Of a stretch of DNA of 64,000 nt, positions 27,904-40,400 are shown one piece after another (position 1 is the stretch's first letter; every line of letters begins with the position of its first letter). This DNA is from Paraspadella gotoi (lineage: Eukaryota > Animalia > Chaetognatha), in contig CM119266.1 of assembly GCA_051294375.1 (NCBI GenBank), forward strand, positions 12,567,928 through 12,631,927. Direction: 5' to 3'. A program made the position numbers and the translations under genes. The notes under the pieces were generated by a model. The model did no database searches. It worked only from the letters and a program-made list of their open reading frames with translations, and was not told the origin of the DNA.

Positions 27904-28439
27904 AGAGGAAAGGAAAAATGAGAGAGCGAAAACATTATTTTTTTATCACCTTGAACCAAGTTTTATATTGAAAAATAAACCTTCGAGCAAAATATTTTGA
28001 GAAACCACCGCAGCTTTTGAATGGATTTCAATTCAGCATTTTTGAGTCGATGCTTGTAAAGACTATTGAAATGACCTCATCAGTAATTGGGCCTTATTAG
28101 GCTTTTCAATAATATTTTTATTAATGCTTAATGCTTGTTACTGTTTCATGCGTAAGTTTTGGTATTCATTTTTCTTTTTTTGTCCCTCGCAATTAATTTG
28201 CAACTTTTTTCAGAAAGGTCCGCTTAACAAAAATAATATCGTCCTCTAAAAACAAATTATTTAAACATTTTCCTCTCTTTCATTCGCGCGGCCTTACTTG
28301 TCCTTCCTTGCATTTACTTTTTATATCCATAAAATTCCTTTATAATCGAGTGAGTTCTCTCTTGGATTTTTCTTTACTTTCTCTCTCCTCCCATTTCTCC
28401 TTCCATCTCTCCACCCCACCCCAACCACCCTTCCCCTAC

Positions 28440-28757
28440 CAACCACCATCTTCGGCATTGAATGAGATGTAAACATTCCTCGAGATCTTGAAAAACATTT
28501 TCAGGGACGAGGAGTGAATCAAGACGCGGAAATGAACTGGCAATCGTCTCTCCAATCGTATCCCGGAGGCGACTGGCATTTTCGCGACTTGTTGCTACGA
28601 GGGCGTACGGCATCCCACGCGCGAGAACTCCATAATAGCCAGAGGCTGTCGCGAGCGAGTAGCAATTAAACCCGTTTAAATCGCGCGAGCAAAACCCCTG
28701 GCGTCGTGCGTTTAAAAACATCCGATTTCTGAGACAATCGCCACTCAATGCCATCCG
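28440..28757 (-). CDS. Candidate internal exon of an unidentified minus-strand gene
   Basis: Complex non-repetitive open frame (ORF 28374..28862) bounded by cccttttctgtcag| and ttg|gtaggg; 318 nt, phase 0-0. Confidence 0.3.
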
Positions 28758-28886
28758 CTGACAGAAAAGGGAATCGTATTTCTGATTCCGAGTCCATATC
28801 TCTCTGTTTTTTCTTGGAATGAAAATCGTATGCATGAGCGGATTAAAACATACGTCCTCCATGGAGGCTATCAGCCAATCCTGGCA

Positions 28887-29004
28887 TCTTTCTTTCTTTC
28901 TTTCTCTCTTTCTTTCTTTCTTTCTTTCTTTCTTTATTTCTTTCTTTCTTTCTCTCTTTCTTTCTTTCTTTCTTTATTTCTTTCTTTCTCTTCTTCTTTC
29001 TTTC
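28887..29004 (+). repeat. (CTTT)n microsatellite, imperfect
   Basis: Tetranucleotide run with variants. Confidence 0.9.
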
Positions 29005-29139
29005 TGTCTCCTTTTCATTTTTCGATTCTAAATAAGTTTTTTCATCTCTTCTCAAATTTTATTTCTTTTTATTCTCTTTTTGAAATATTTTTTCTCTCTC
29101 ATATTATCCCGGTTTCCTCTTCATTATTCTCGCTTCGTT

Positions 29140-29172
<33 letters not shown>

Positions 29173-30567
29173 TCTGTGTTTCTTATTCATCTTTCATCCT
29201 TCGAATTAGCCATCGCCTCTACCGAGAATTTCCTTCCTCAATTTCTTTTCTCTTCATTTCAGGATCCTCTTCCTCCTTTTCTTTCCTTTTTATTTCCATT
29301 TCCTCTCTTATTTTTCTCTTTTCTTTTTCTCCCGGAGATGCCAGTTACTTCTTCAAAAAGAAAAAAAATATTTTTTTCCAAGATGGCGCCGAAAAGAAAA
29401 GGAGAAACTTCCGTACGAAGCCCAATTTTCGCGGTGAATAGTCGATCCCCGGATGTGAGAGGAAAATTGCACGACGGATGATGTATGGACATCGAAAGGG
29501 ACGCATAACTCAGGTCTGCTGTCGTCGCCGTCGTCGTCGACGTCATTGCGCGGTTGTAGTAGAACCAATGGGTGTCATAATCGTCACAAAAAAAGTCGCA
29601 TTCGAAGTCATCAGTTTCTTCGACGTCGTTTTCGTCGTCGTTTTCGTCGTCTTCCCAACTCTGCAGTTTGTCACTGTCGCAGCGAGTTCGAATGTAGGGC
29701 GCCTCGAGAAGCAAAGAAAGAAAACTTCTAGTTATTACTGGCAATTATTATCGAGCGAGAAAAAGTTTGAAAGTAAAACGGAATAGACGTCGGGCCGTGG
29801 AGACGAACTTTTGAGAGAGAAGCCTAAGTGGGCGTGGCTGGCGATCAAGTTACTAGATATATAACATGGAAGAGATGACACCAGTTTAGTCCAGTGTCGT
29901 TTCGATTGCAGTTGGCAACAGCAATGAGCAGAGCGAAGTCAAGTTCAATTCGTTTTCTCGTATTTCTTCTTCGTGTAAACGACGACGACGAGACGACGAC
30001 GACGACGACGTCGATGCTTCAAACCGAAATCCGGTCTCGTTTGAAGTCGCGACTGGCGACTTCACAGTGATACTTTTTACTGAACTGATGAGAGTCTTTC
30101 ATCAAAATTATGAATGTGTAAAAACAATTGATAATTAGCTATTATAAGCATAGATATTTTGGTTATTATTACAGTAGATTATTTGAAAATGAACGCCGCG
30201 ACTTTTCTCCCAAAGTTTTCCTTTTTCTCGATTTCCCAATTCCTCAAGTGCTCCCTTCTCTCTCAATTCACTCTTTCCTCAAAAAAACGGCCTGCTCCTC
30301 CTCCTCCTCCTCCTCCTTCACCTCCTCCTCCCGAGCCGACCTCCCTCATGGGTTCCCTATATTTGACCTTTGAACTCTGAATCTGACCGCGAGACTTCAG
30401 TCAAACAACATCATCAAATGGAACATGAATTGAAATGTTTTTTTTTTCCCCAAAAATGCGGATAGAAGGAAAAAGAAGAAAAGTTATTACGTGATTGTTC
30501 TACGTTCATCTGGGGTTATTTTTAATTATACAGTATGTATTATTTGTTTACTTTGTGTCTCTGGGTT

Positions 30568-30683
<116 letters not shown>

Positions 30684-33408
30684 GAGTGAGACAAAGATAG
30701 AGACGGAGACCCAGACAGAGACACCTCTCCTTGGATCCTCGCGGAAAATGCCACGCGTTTTTTCAAGAGCCGGGTTCAACTCAAAGGACGCAAAAGGAAA
30801 ATTGTGAATTGGACTGAAAGTGGAAAAGGGTCGTTCCAACTTTTTCTTTTATTCTTTTTACCTCTCCCCGATTTTTTTCTCATTTTCTCACCCTTCTTTC
30901 TTTTTTTCCTTTTTTTCCTTTCATTTCTTCCATTTTTCTTTTTCTTTTTTTTTCTTCTTCCTTCAATTTTATTTTTCTTTCCTGGACCGGTCTTTTCGGA
31001 TTTTTTTTTTTTCATCAAATCTATTTTTTCATCTTAAAGTTCTTTCTTTTTTTTTCATTTCCTATCTTTTCATATTTCTTTCTCTCACTCTTTCTGACAG
31101 TCACACTTCCCCTTTTTTTCCTCTATCCCCACTTTCCATCTCTCACAGGAGGTCAAAAATGAGTNNNNNNNNNNNNNNNNNNNNNNNNNNNNNNNNNNNN
31201 NNNNNNNNNNNNNNNNNNNNNNNNNNNNNNNNNNNNNNNNNNNNNNNNNNNNNNNNNNNNNNNNNNNNNNNNNNNNNNNNNNNNNNNNNNNNNNNNNNNN
31301 NNNNNNNNNNNNNNNNNNNNNNNNNNNNNNNNNNNNNNNNNNNNNNNNNNNNNNNCGCAGCTGCAGACAGAGAGATTTCTTGTCAACCGGATTATTTTTA
31401 ATTCAATTTTTCTCTTTCTTCACAATTTTTTTTCTCTCGAATCCGAATCATTGACGCTATTTAATGTTTAAGTCACGCTTAAGGTTTTTTTTTTATTTAA
31501 CAAGCGCAGGAATTGCTTGCTAATGAAGCGATGCAAATTTTTCAATCGCGCGAAGATTTTCTGTTGGGGAAAAAAATATCGGTTTTTTTNNNNNNNNNNN
31601 NNNNNNNNNNNNNNNNNNNNNNNNNNNNNNNNNNNNNNNNNNNNNNNNNNNNNNNNNNNNNNNNNNNNNNNNNNNNNNNNNNNNNNNNNNNNNNNNNNNN
31701 NNNNNNNNNNNNNNNNNNNNNNNNNNNNNNNNNNNNNNNNNNNNNNNNNNNNNNNNNNNNNNNNNNNNNNNNNNNNNNNNNNNNNNNNNNNNNNNNNNNN
31801 NNNNNNNNNNNNNNNNNNNNNNNAGAGAGAGAGAGAGAGAAGAATGCGACGAACTCTAATGAAATTGGAAGATTCATCGAAGAAGTCACGTGAAAGGCAC
31901 AGACCGTGAAAACTGGTGGCGCACTGATGGCGCGGAGGGCAAAGTTTGGCGTGAGATGATGACGCTGTAGACGATCCCTAGAATTACTCACACGCTTCAC
32001 GCTTCATTTTTTCTTTGCGAGTGTGTCATCACCAGTTTTTACTTTTCTTTGTTTAAAAAAAAGTCTTTCACCTAATAGCGCTCTCATATTTTCTTNNNNN
32101 NNNNNNNNNNNNNNNNNNNNNNNNNNNNNNNNNNNNNNNNNNNNNNNNNNNNNNNNNNNNNNNNNNNNNNNNNNNNNCTTTTAAAGTTATATATATATTG
32201 TTTAATCGGATTTTTTAAGCGCGAAACACCAAATTCCGCTATTTTTATCTGACTCGCACCGCAGTATCCAATAATTTTTCCCCCCTCCTTCATAGTATTC
32301 GTTTACCAATAGACAAAATATATGATTAATAATCGGTTTAAAATTCTTAAAATAAAATAGAGGCGAACCGAACGGTTCTTGCGATATTTACTGAATTTGT
32401 AAAACTGGGACCAAGACTAAGTATTCCTAATTTTTTTTTTTTTTTCGATCTTATCGAATTCAATAAGCGACATTAAACACTCTCCCTTCGACCGCACAAG
32501 GGCCACACTGACGCGATAACTCCTCGTCACCCTAATATCTCATTTCCCCTCAAATTCCCAATCACGAAATTACCCCCNNNNNNNNNNNNNNNNNNNNNNN
32601 NNNNNNNNNNNNNNNNNNNNNNNNNNNNNNNNNNNNNNNNNNNNNNNNNNNNNNNNNNNNNNNNNNNNNNNNNNNNNNNNNNNNNNNNNNNNNNNNNNNN
32701 NNNNNNNNNNNNNNNNNNNNNNNNNNNNNNNNNNNNNNNNNNNNNNNNNNNNNNNNNNNNNNNNNNNNNNNNNNNNNNNNNNNNNNNNNNNNNNNNNNNN
32801 NNNNNNNNNNNNNNNNNNNNTCTGCGATGGCATACTTCACCTCTTCTGCTTTTTTCCTTTCTTTCTTTTTCTTCCTTCGATTACCGAACGTTTGCGTCTC
32901 TTTTCCTTACCTTTCTTTTTTTTTCATTTCTCCTTACCATTTCCATTTTCCAAATTTTTTTAATTTTCTTTTTTTTTTCTTCCAAAATTTCTTTTAGACC
33001 TTGACTTTTAAGTTTGGATTTAGGTTTTACTCATCACGCCTCCGCATATTAGATTATTNNNNNNNNNNNNNNNNNNNNNNNNNNNNNNNNNNNNNNNNNN
33101 NNNNNNNNNNNNNNNNNNNNNNNNNNNNNNNNNNNNNNNNNNNNNNNNNNNNNNNNNNNNNNNNNNNNNNNNNNNNNNNNNNNNNNNNNNNNNNNNNNNN
33201 NNNNNNNNNNNNNNNTTTTCCCGTTGACTTTTGGCGTCCTTTCATTTCACGCTCTCTCGCCATTTCCTCTCTTCCTCACTTTCATCCTTTTTCTGCCATT
33301 TTGATTTAGACTTTTAGCTTCGACGAAATATGAAATTCTTTTTAGGTACGAAATGAACAATATAAAACCTATATAAACAAACTTACACGCCTCCTAACAT
33401 TGGCTGTG

Positions 33409-33449
33409 GTAGATTAAGACCTCCATCCGTAGATTAAGACCTCCATCCG
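33409..33449 (+). repeat. Perfect 20-bp tandem duplication
   Basis: gtagattaagacctccatcc x2. Confidence 0.9.
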
Positions 33450-34038
33450 CACATGATAATAACATAACAAGACCGAATAAGATTTCAATGAAGTCAATCT
33501 CGTTTCTTAACTCCCAGAGTGATTGGTTTCCCTGTCAATAAAGTGATAAAATATTTTTTTTATTCGTTTCAATTGGATAAAATGACCAAATCGTAGTTCC
33601 TACGAATACAATAGACAATTGACCGACAGTCGTAGGTACAATTACCCTAAAACTTGTCGTCGTCGTCGTCGTCGTCGTCGGCCCCCGTTTTTTTTCTCCC
33701 AACGGAAATGAATCGTAAAGAATTTATTTTCCGTCATCGTTTTTAGCGTCGACTTTTACTCTTTCCTTTTTTTTTCTAACAAAAAAGAAAAAAAAGGAAT
33801 CGTTCATTTCTAAGAAAAGATAAAAAAGGAAAGAAAGGGAAGAGAGAGAGAAAGGAAAGGAGAAAGAAAGGGGGAGGTGGAAGGAAGTAGGGATTTATGT
33901 AGGCGGTCGATGTGGACGGAGAAAAAAGCTTTTTTCATAATCGTCGACGTCGTTAGGATCTTTTTTTCCGTGGTGGAGTTCGGCCTCTCCGAACAAAATC
34001 CCGCGACCACCTCGGAAGATCGTCGAGTCGCCCAAACG

Positions 34039-34128
34039 ACCACCAAACAGAGGGTGGACCACTTAACAAAGAAAGGACCACTAAACAGAGTCTCCACCAC
34101 TAAACAGAGACTCGACCACTAAACGGAC
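34039..34128 (+). repeat. 19-bp minisatellite, ~4.5 copies
   Basis: accactaaacagag-like unit starts at 34039, 34058, 34077, 34096 and 34115. Confidence 0.85.
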
Positions 34129-34813
34129 AAACAAAATTTAATTTGCTTTTTTCCGCTTCCATCTAACCAATCACATTGACTCGAGTCAAAATTTAAATCG
34201 CATCTTGATAAACTAATAGTTTTTTAAACCAATCGCGCAATCTTTATTTCTCCCTTACTTTCTCCCGCGTCAGCTCCCGACACCGCTTATTCAAAGCCCG
34301 NNNNNNNNNNNNNNNNNNNNNNNNNNNNNNNNNNNNNNNNNNNNNNNNNNNNNNNNNNNNNNNNNNNNNNNNNNNNNNNNNNNNNNNNNNNNNNNNNNNN
34401 NNNNNNNNNNNNNNNNNNNNNNNNNNNNNNNNNNNNNNNNNNNNNNNNNNNNNNNNNNNNNNNNNNNNNNNNNNNNNNNNNNNNNNNNNNNNNNNNNNNN
34501 NNNNNNNTTTTGAGTGAATGGTCATGTATATCTAGTGAAAAGGAAAGTGAAAATGACAGGTTTGTCCTTGGGGGTGAAAGACAATGATACTTGCAGGGAG
34601 GCGTGGGTGCTCTCGAGTGAAAGAAAGATCGTCTACCGGATCTGAGTTGAAGCAAAAGANNNNNNNNNNNNNNNNNNNNNNNNNNNNNNNNNNNNNNNNN
34701 NNNNNNNNNNNNNNNNNNNNNNNNNNNNNNNNNNNNNNNNNNNNNNNNNNNNNNNNNNNNNNNNNNNNNNNNNNNNNNNNNNNNNNNNNNNNNNNNNNNN
34801 NNNNNNNNNNNNN

Positions 34814-34844
<31 letters not shown>

Positions 34845-37271
34845 AGAAAGAAAAGAAAAGAAATAACAAGAAACTCTCCGATGTCGACTGATAAAACAAA
34901 CTCGAGAAGCAAGATAAGTGTAGGAAAAAAAGGCTTCACTTACTTCGCCGCATGAAGACAGTTTGACTATTTAAAAAAAAATAGAAAACTTTTACACGCC
35001 CATTAATTTAATAACTTAATTCTTTAGAATTTAAAAAAAAATCAAAATTGCGGCGACGTACGGGAAATAAAATTAACTTATAAAAAGAAGAACAAAGAAC
35101 GGGAAACTTGAGCTTAAAAGAAAGGCAAAAAAAAGAGCAGTTTTTGCGCCGGCAATAATGTAGAGAAAAATAAAGAAGAGGAATCAATGAAGGATAAAAA
35201 GGAGAAGAAAAAGTCGGAGGCGGAAGATAAAGAAGCTAAAAGGAGATGAAAAGGAAGAGGAAAGAAGAGGAGGAAAGGAAAGGGAGAGAGAGAGGCTAAA
35301 TGCAAGTTTAAGAACCGGAGGAAATTAGGCGGTGGGAGCCGAGAGAATAAAAAGAAAGAAAAAAAAAGAATGTAGAGAAAAAAAAAAAGATGAGAAGAAA
35401 AGTAAAAAGAGAAAAAAAAAAGAAGAAAGATAAAAAAAAAAACTTTGTGAAACAAAAGGGGAAAAAGAACAAAGAGGTAATTTTTGCGAGAGGAAGGAGC
35501 GACGGAAGAGCATAACTAAATACGAGGAGAATTCAAAATGGCGGAAGGGAGAATGAGAGACTCCCTTTGACAAAGAAGACTCGAGAGTCAAAGTGAAGGC
35601 AGAAGATAAGTAAAGAAAGACACAATGAAACTCTCTCTCGCTATCTCTTTCTCTCTGTGTGTCTCTTTGGAGCACCCTGTCTCTCGAGTTCTTGCTCTCT
35701 CCTCTTCTGTCTCTTTCTAATTTTCCCGATTCTTTTGACTTAGGTTTGGAAGAAATGAGAAATTCCAACGAATAATTAGGGAACCTTACAAAAGAAAATT
35801 TCTCAGAGTTTAAAAAAGGATATATCGATCGAAAAATAACTAAAATAATTTGAAGTAAGTTTTAAAAACACCAAAAGCTAAAGAAAAACGGAGAAAAATC
35901 GATTATGCAATAACGTTTTTGTAGTGGTTTTTTTTTTCGCCTCGCCGGGAAATCGCCTGCAATTTTCTAGTTTTCTTGAGAAATGGGGCATATATTAATA
36001 CTAAAACGGCATATAATAATATTGGTTGTGTTCATTATTCTTTTCGTACTCATTGCAAATGAGCAGATGGATTCAGCTTCGACGTCAGCGTCGCAAAACG
36101 CCGTTTCCATGGTGATTGATTCCCGCCAAATCGTTGGAACAAATGCCATCCATGTACTCGTCGAAGCCAGGAGACGACCAGGCGGCCACTTAGGGACAAG
36201 AACAAAAGACCAGCGNNNNNNNNNNNNNNNNNNNNNNNNNCTATCATTTCTTTCTTTACCTTTCTTTTCTTTCTTTCTTTCTTTCTCTTCACTCTATCCT
36301 TTCTTTTCTTCTCTTTCTGGCGCCGACGCATAGGCCATTGCAAGCGCCATCTCGAAATCGCCAGAAAAATGCGCACCATTCGCATCATGAACTCTTAATT
36401 TGCGTGACAACCGGGAAGTCCGCTCGCGAGCCGTTCTAATGCCATCACGTTGACGGCGACACTCAGGCGCCATCGACGTCGTCGAACATCGTCTTCGTAG
36501 TTCGTCGTCGTCGTCCCGTCAGGGGCACTTTTAAGAAAAAGTAACACAACGGTTAGCCTCCGACGCGCCGGGTTAAATCAGAGAACGGTCGCGAGCAGGA
36601 AACAAATTACCAGACTAATACAATCTTCTTTGAACTATTCAAATCTCTCATCTCTCTCTCTCTCTCTCCGCCAAACCCAAAGATTCGGTTCAGCCGCAAG
36701 AATGTGCGCAATGTGCCTGATCTGGTTTTTTAATGTTCTATAATAGAATATCGTCGACGAAATGATCTACGCTCCTTGCACCACTATTTGATCATACACC
36801 TAAAATGCACATCTTATACTTCTACATTAGCTAATTAGCTGATTCACATGCCCACTAACACGGGCGTACCGCAAGAAAATGGATCGCGCAACCTTTTAAG
36901 CGCTCAGGCAAGACCAGATGCTTTTGCGAACGTTCTCTCCTCTCACTCTCTTCCTCTCTACTCATCCTCTCTATCTTCTACTCTCCTCCTCTCTCTCTCT
37001 CTCTCATCTCTCTCTCATACTCCATCATCTCCTCTCCATCTCATCTCTCTCTCTGCTGATTAAATGTGTCACGACCGAATGATCTCCCGGAAGATTTTAG
37101 GTGGAAGACGTCTGAGATATGATACAACAGCGCGAAGGACACTTCATCGCATCGACTGTGATGTAGGCCGCCGGGGATCCAAACTCGAAATTTAGGAAAG
37201 AAAGAACAACATAAAAAAACACCAGAGCGCCGACACACAATCAACGAAATATTTTTCTTAACTTCCTGCAG

Positions 37272-37411
37272 AGGAGGCTTTAGCTGCCCGCCGGCTGCAG
37301 CTACACCGCTTTTTTGGCGGGCCGGCCGGGGGGCGGCCCCAGCCACCGAGTGTGAGAGAACGTGCCGCGACGGCAACAAGGCCCCGCAGAAAGCCCGCGC
37401 GTGCTGTACGC
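37272..37411 (+). CDS. Candidate upstream Cys-rich exon of the same gene
   Basis: Good acceptor cttaacttcctgcag|, weak donor c|gtaata. GGFSCPP...TECERTCRDGNKAPQKARACCT ends in phase 1, compatible with the EGF exon. Nearby sequence is noisy. Confidence 0.3.
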
Positions 37412-40400
37412 GTAATAGTACTTCAGTACACAGTGACCGGTCCTTGGCTTTCCCTCTCGTCCTTCTCTCTCTCTCAACCGACGTGTGTCCAATCCGAATG
37501 GCCAGTAACACTCTCCGAATGTCACAACTCTCCAAACGCCGGGCGGGGAGGAAGCGGAGAGATGGAGAAAAGGCAGAAACGAAACTTAACAGTTGACCCT
37601 CGTGGTCGTGAAGTGGAATAAAGGGTCGAGCCCTTTTGGGGCAATATTTGGGGGCAAAGGAGGGTGGAGTGGGAGTAAAAGAGCCCCCCCCCATTCCCTC
37701 CTCCTTTCGCCCAACGATGTCGCGGTTGTTAAGCCTCGATATGAGACCGAAGAGGAAAAGTAAGATCCATTAACGAAAAACGACTGAGGTAGGAAGAGGA
37801 GATGGGGCGATCGCCAGCTGCCGGCGGAGTGGACGCGGCGATGCGACGGCATAAATGCGGCTGAGATCTGCGCAGGGAAGCGGGGCAGTAATTTACGGCG
37901 AGAATGCGGCGAGATCGGCGAGAAGGTGAGGTCGAAACTGCGAAGGGGCATCGTTCTGTAAAAAAAAAGTAGGATGCAGTCGGATGTGGCATTTTTTTAA
38001 GGACCGATTACGGCTCCCCAATGTGGACGGGGGCGCGGGAGGCGCAACAAAGACAAAGCTGACAATTCCGACGTTCCCGAAGCCCCCGACCCCCTACCCC
38101 TCGTTCTTAGACTTACTTTAACCCCCCTCCGCATCTTGGCCCATTTTCTCGCGGCGTCGAAGAATGGGAAGAACGATAAGAAGGAAGGAAGAGATTCTCG
38201 CGATAAACGGAACCTGGTTCCTCTTTTCGATTCCATTTCGCGACGTAAGGACTTTGGTTTCAGTTCCATCCATTTTGAGTCGATGTCATCCTTGTTGGTT
38301 AGTCACAATAATTGCATTTTGCTGACCTTATGGCCTGCGCTTTACGTGAATTTGAATTTATTCAATGGGGTTTTAGGCACAAAATAAAACAATAGGCCGT
38401 AAAAAGCTACTTCATTACATTTAAGTCTACGAATTCGGGGCGACGCGGATAAAAGAAGAAAACTAAAAAAAAGAAAACTACTATTGCAGAGACGATGACG
38501 ACAACGACAACGAAGAAGACGAAACAAACGACGAATTGGCGTAAACAAAACCAGAGCCGCCAGTCGGCTTAAGAGGGGGTGGTAGGGCGAAAGAAAAACG
38601 AAAATAACAGAACTCGCGAAAAAATAGGCGAAAAAAAAGCTACTTGCAGGAAGAAAAAAAATGGAAAGACGAAAAATTAATATCTTTCGGAAAAACGAAA
38701 GAAAAAAGAAACGAAAGTAAAAGAGAAAAAAGACAAACAATTAAAATTAAAAAAAATCGCGGGTCTTTTTTTTTTCTCTCTTAAATCCATCAAAGTGCCA
38801 CGCTCCTAATCGGGAAGGAAAATTCTCCGTGTAGAGAAGAGAGAGAAAAAAATAAAGATGTGAAGCAAGGGGGGGGGAACAGAGAAAACGTAATCAAACG
38901 GAAAAACATTTTCAAGGTAATCGTGAAACGAACGGGGAGCTTCTCTCTCTCTCNNNNNNNNNNNNNNNNNNNNNNNNNNNNNNNNNNNNNNNNNNNNNNN
39001 NNNNNNNNNNNNNNNNNNNNNNNNNNNNNNNNNNNNNNNNNNNNNNNNNNNNNNNNNNNNNNNNNNNNNNNNNNNNNNNNNNNNNNNNNNNNNNNNNNNN
39101 NNNNNNNNNNNNNNNNNNNNNNNNNNNNNNNNNNNNNNNNNNNNNNNNNNNNNNNNNNNNNNNNNNNNNNNNNNNNNNNNNNNNNNNNNNNNNNNNNNNN
39201 NNNNNNNNNNNNNNNNNNNNNNNNNNNNNNNNNNNNNNNNNNNNNNNNNNNNNNNNNNNNNNNNNNNNNNNNNNNNNNNNNNNNNNNNNNNNNNNNNNNN
39301 NNNNNNNNNNNNNNNNNNNNNNNNNNNNNNNNNNNNNNNNNNNNNNNNNNNNNNNNNNNNNNNNNNNNNNNNNNNNNNNNNNNNNNNNNNNNNNNNNNNN
39401 NNNNNNNNNNNNNNNNNNNNNNNNNNNNNNNNNNNNNNNNNNNNNNNNNNNNNNNNNNNNNNNNNNNNNNNNNNNNNNNNNNNNNNNNNNNNNNNNNNNN
39501 NNNNNNNNNNNNNNNNNNNNNNNNNNNNNNNNNNNNNNNNNNNNNNNNNNNNNNNNNNNNNNNNNNNNNNNNNNNNNNNNNNNNNNNNNNNNNNNNNNNN
39601 NNNNNNNNNNNNNNNNNNNNNNNNNNNNNNNNNNNNNNNNNNNNNNNNNNNNNNNNNNNNNNNNNNNNNNNNNNNNNNNNNNNNNNNNNNNNNNNNNNNN
39701 NNNNNNNNNNNNNNNNNNNNNNNNNNNNNNNNNNNNNNNNNNNNNNNNNNNNNNNNNNNNNNNNNNNNNNNNNNNNNNNNNNNNNNNNNNNNNNNNNNNC
39801 GAAGACGACGACGACGACTACACGGCCAATGAACCTTTTTTCTCACCCGAGGAATTGAGGTAAATAAAAACTGGCAGGATTTTCTAACCGATTGAAGTCG
39901 ACGTTGGCATCCGAGGCGGCGGANNNNNNNNNNNNNNNNNNNNNNNNNNNNNNNNNNNNNNNNNNNNNNNNNNNNNNNNNNNNNNNNNNNNNNNNNNNNN
40001 NNNNNNNNNNNNNNNNNNNNNNNNNNNNNNNNNNNNNNNNNNNNNNNNNNNNNNNNNNNNNNNNNNNNNNNNNNNNNNNNNNNNGGGTGGAGACGGTGAA
40101 ACTTGCGACATTGCCGTCGATTCGTCTTGAGGCTTCCGAGATTGTGGAGGCTGTGATGGCACTTTTTTACAAGGAAATCTAAGTTCGCTATTTAAAGAGA
40201 CGATCGTATCTAAAAGAAATGCGAAGGGCACGCTTCGGAGGCGTCAGGGACAGCGGCAGCGGAAACGGCGGCTGCAGTGATGGCAGCTGTAGCAGACTCG
40301 GGGAAAAGGAGAGCGTCGGCTTTAGGGCTAAGAACTGAGAAGAAGGAAAATCTCTCCCAAATTCCTGGAACGAGGTTGAGTTTTAAATTTTTGATGGCGG

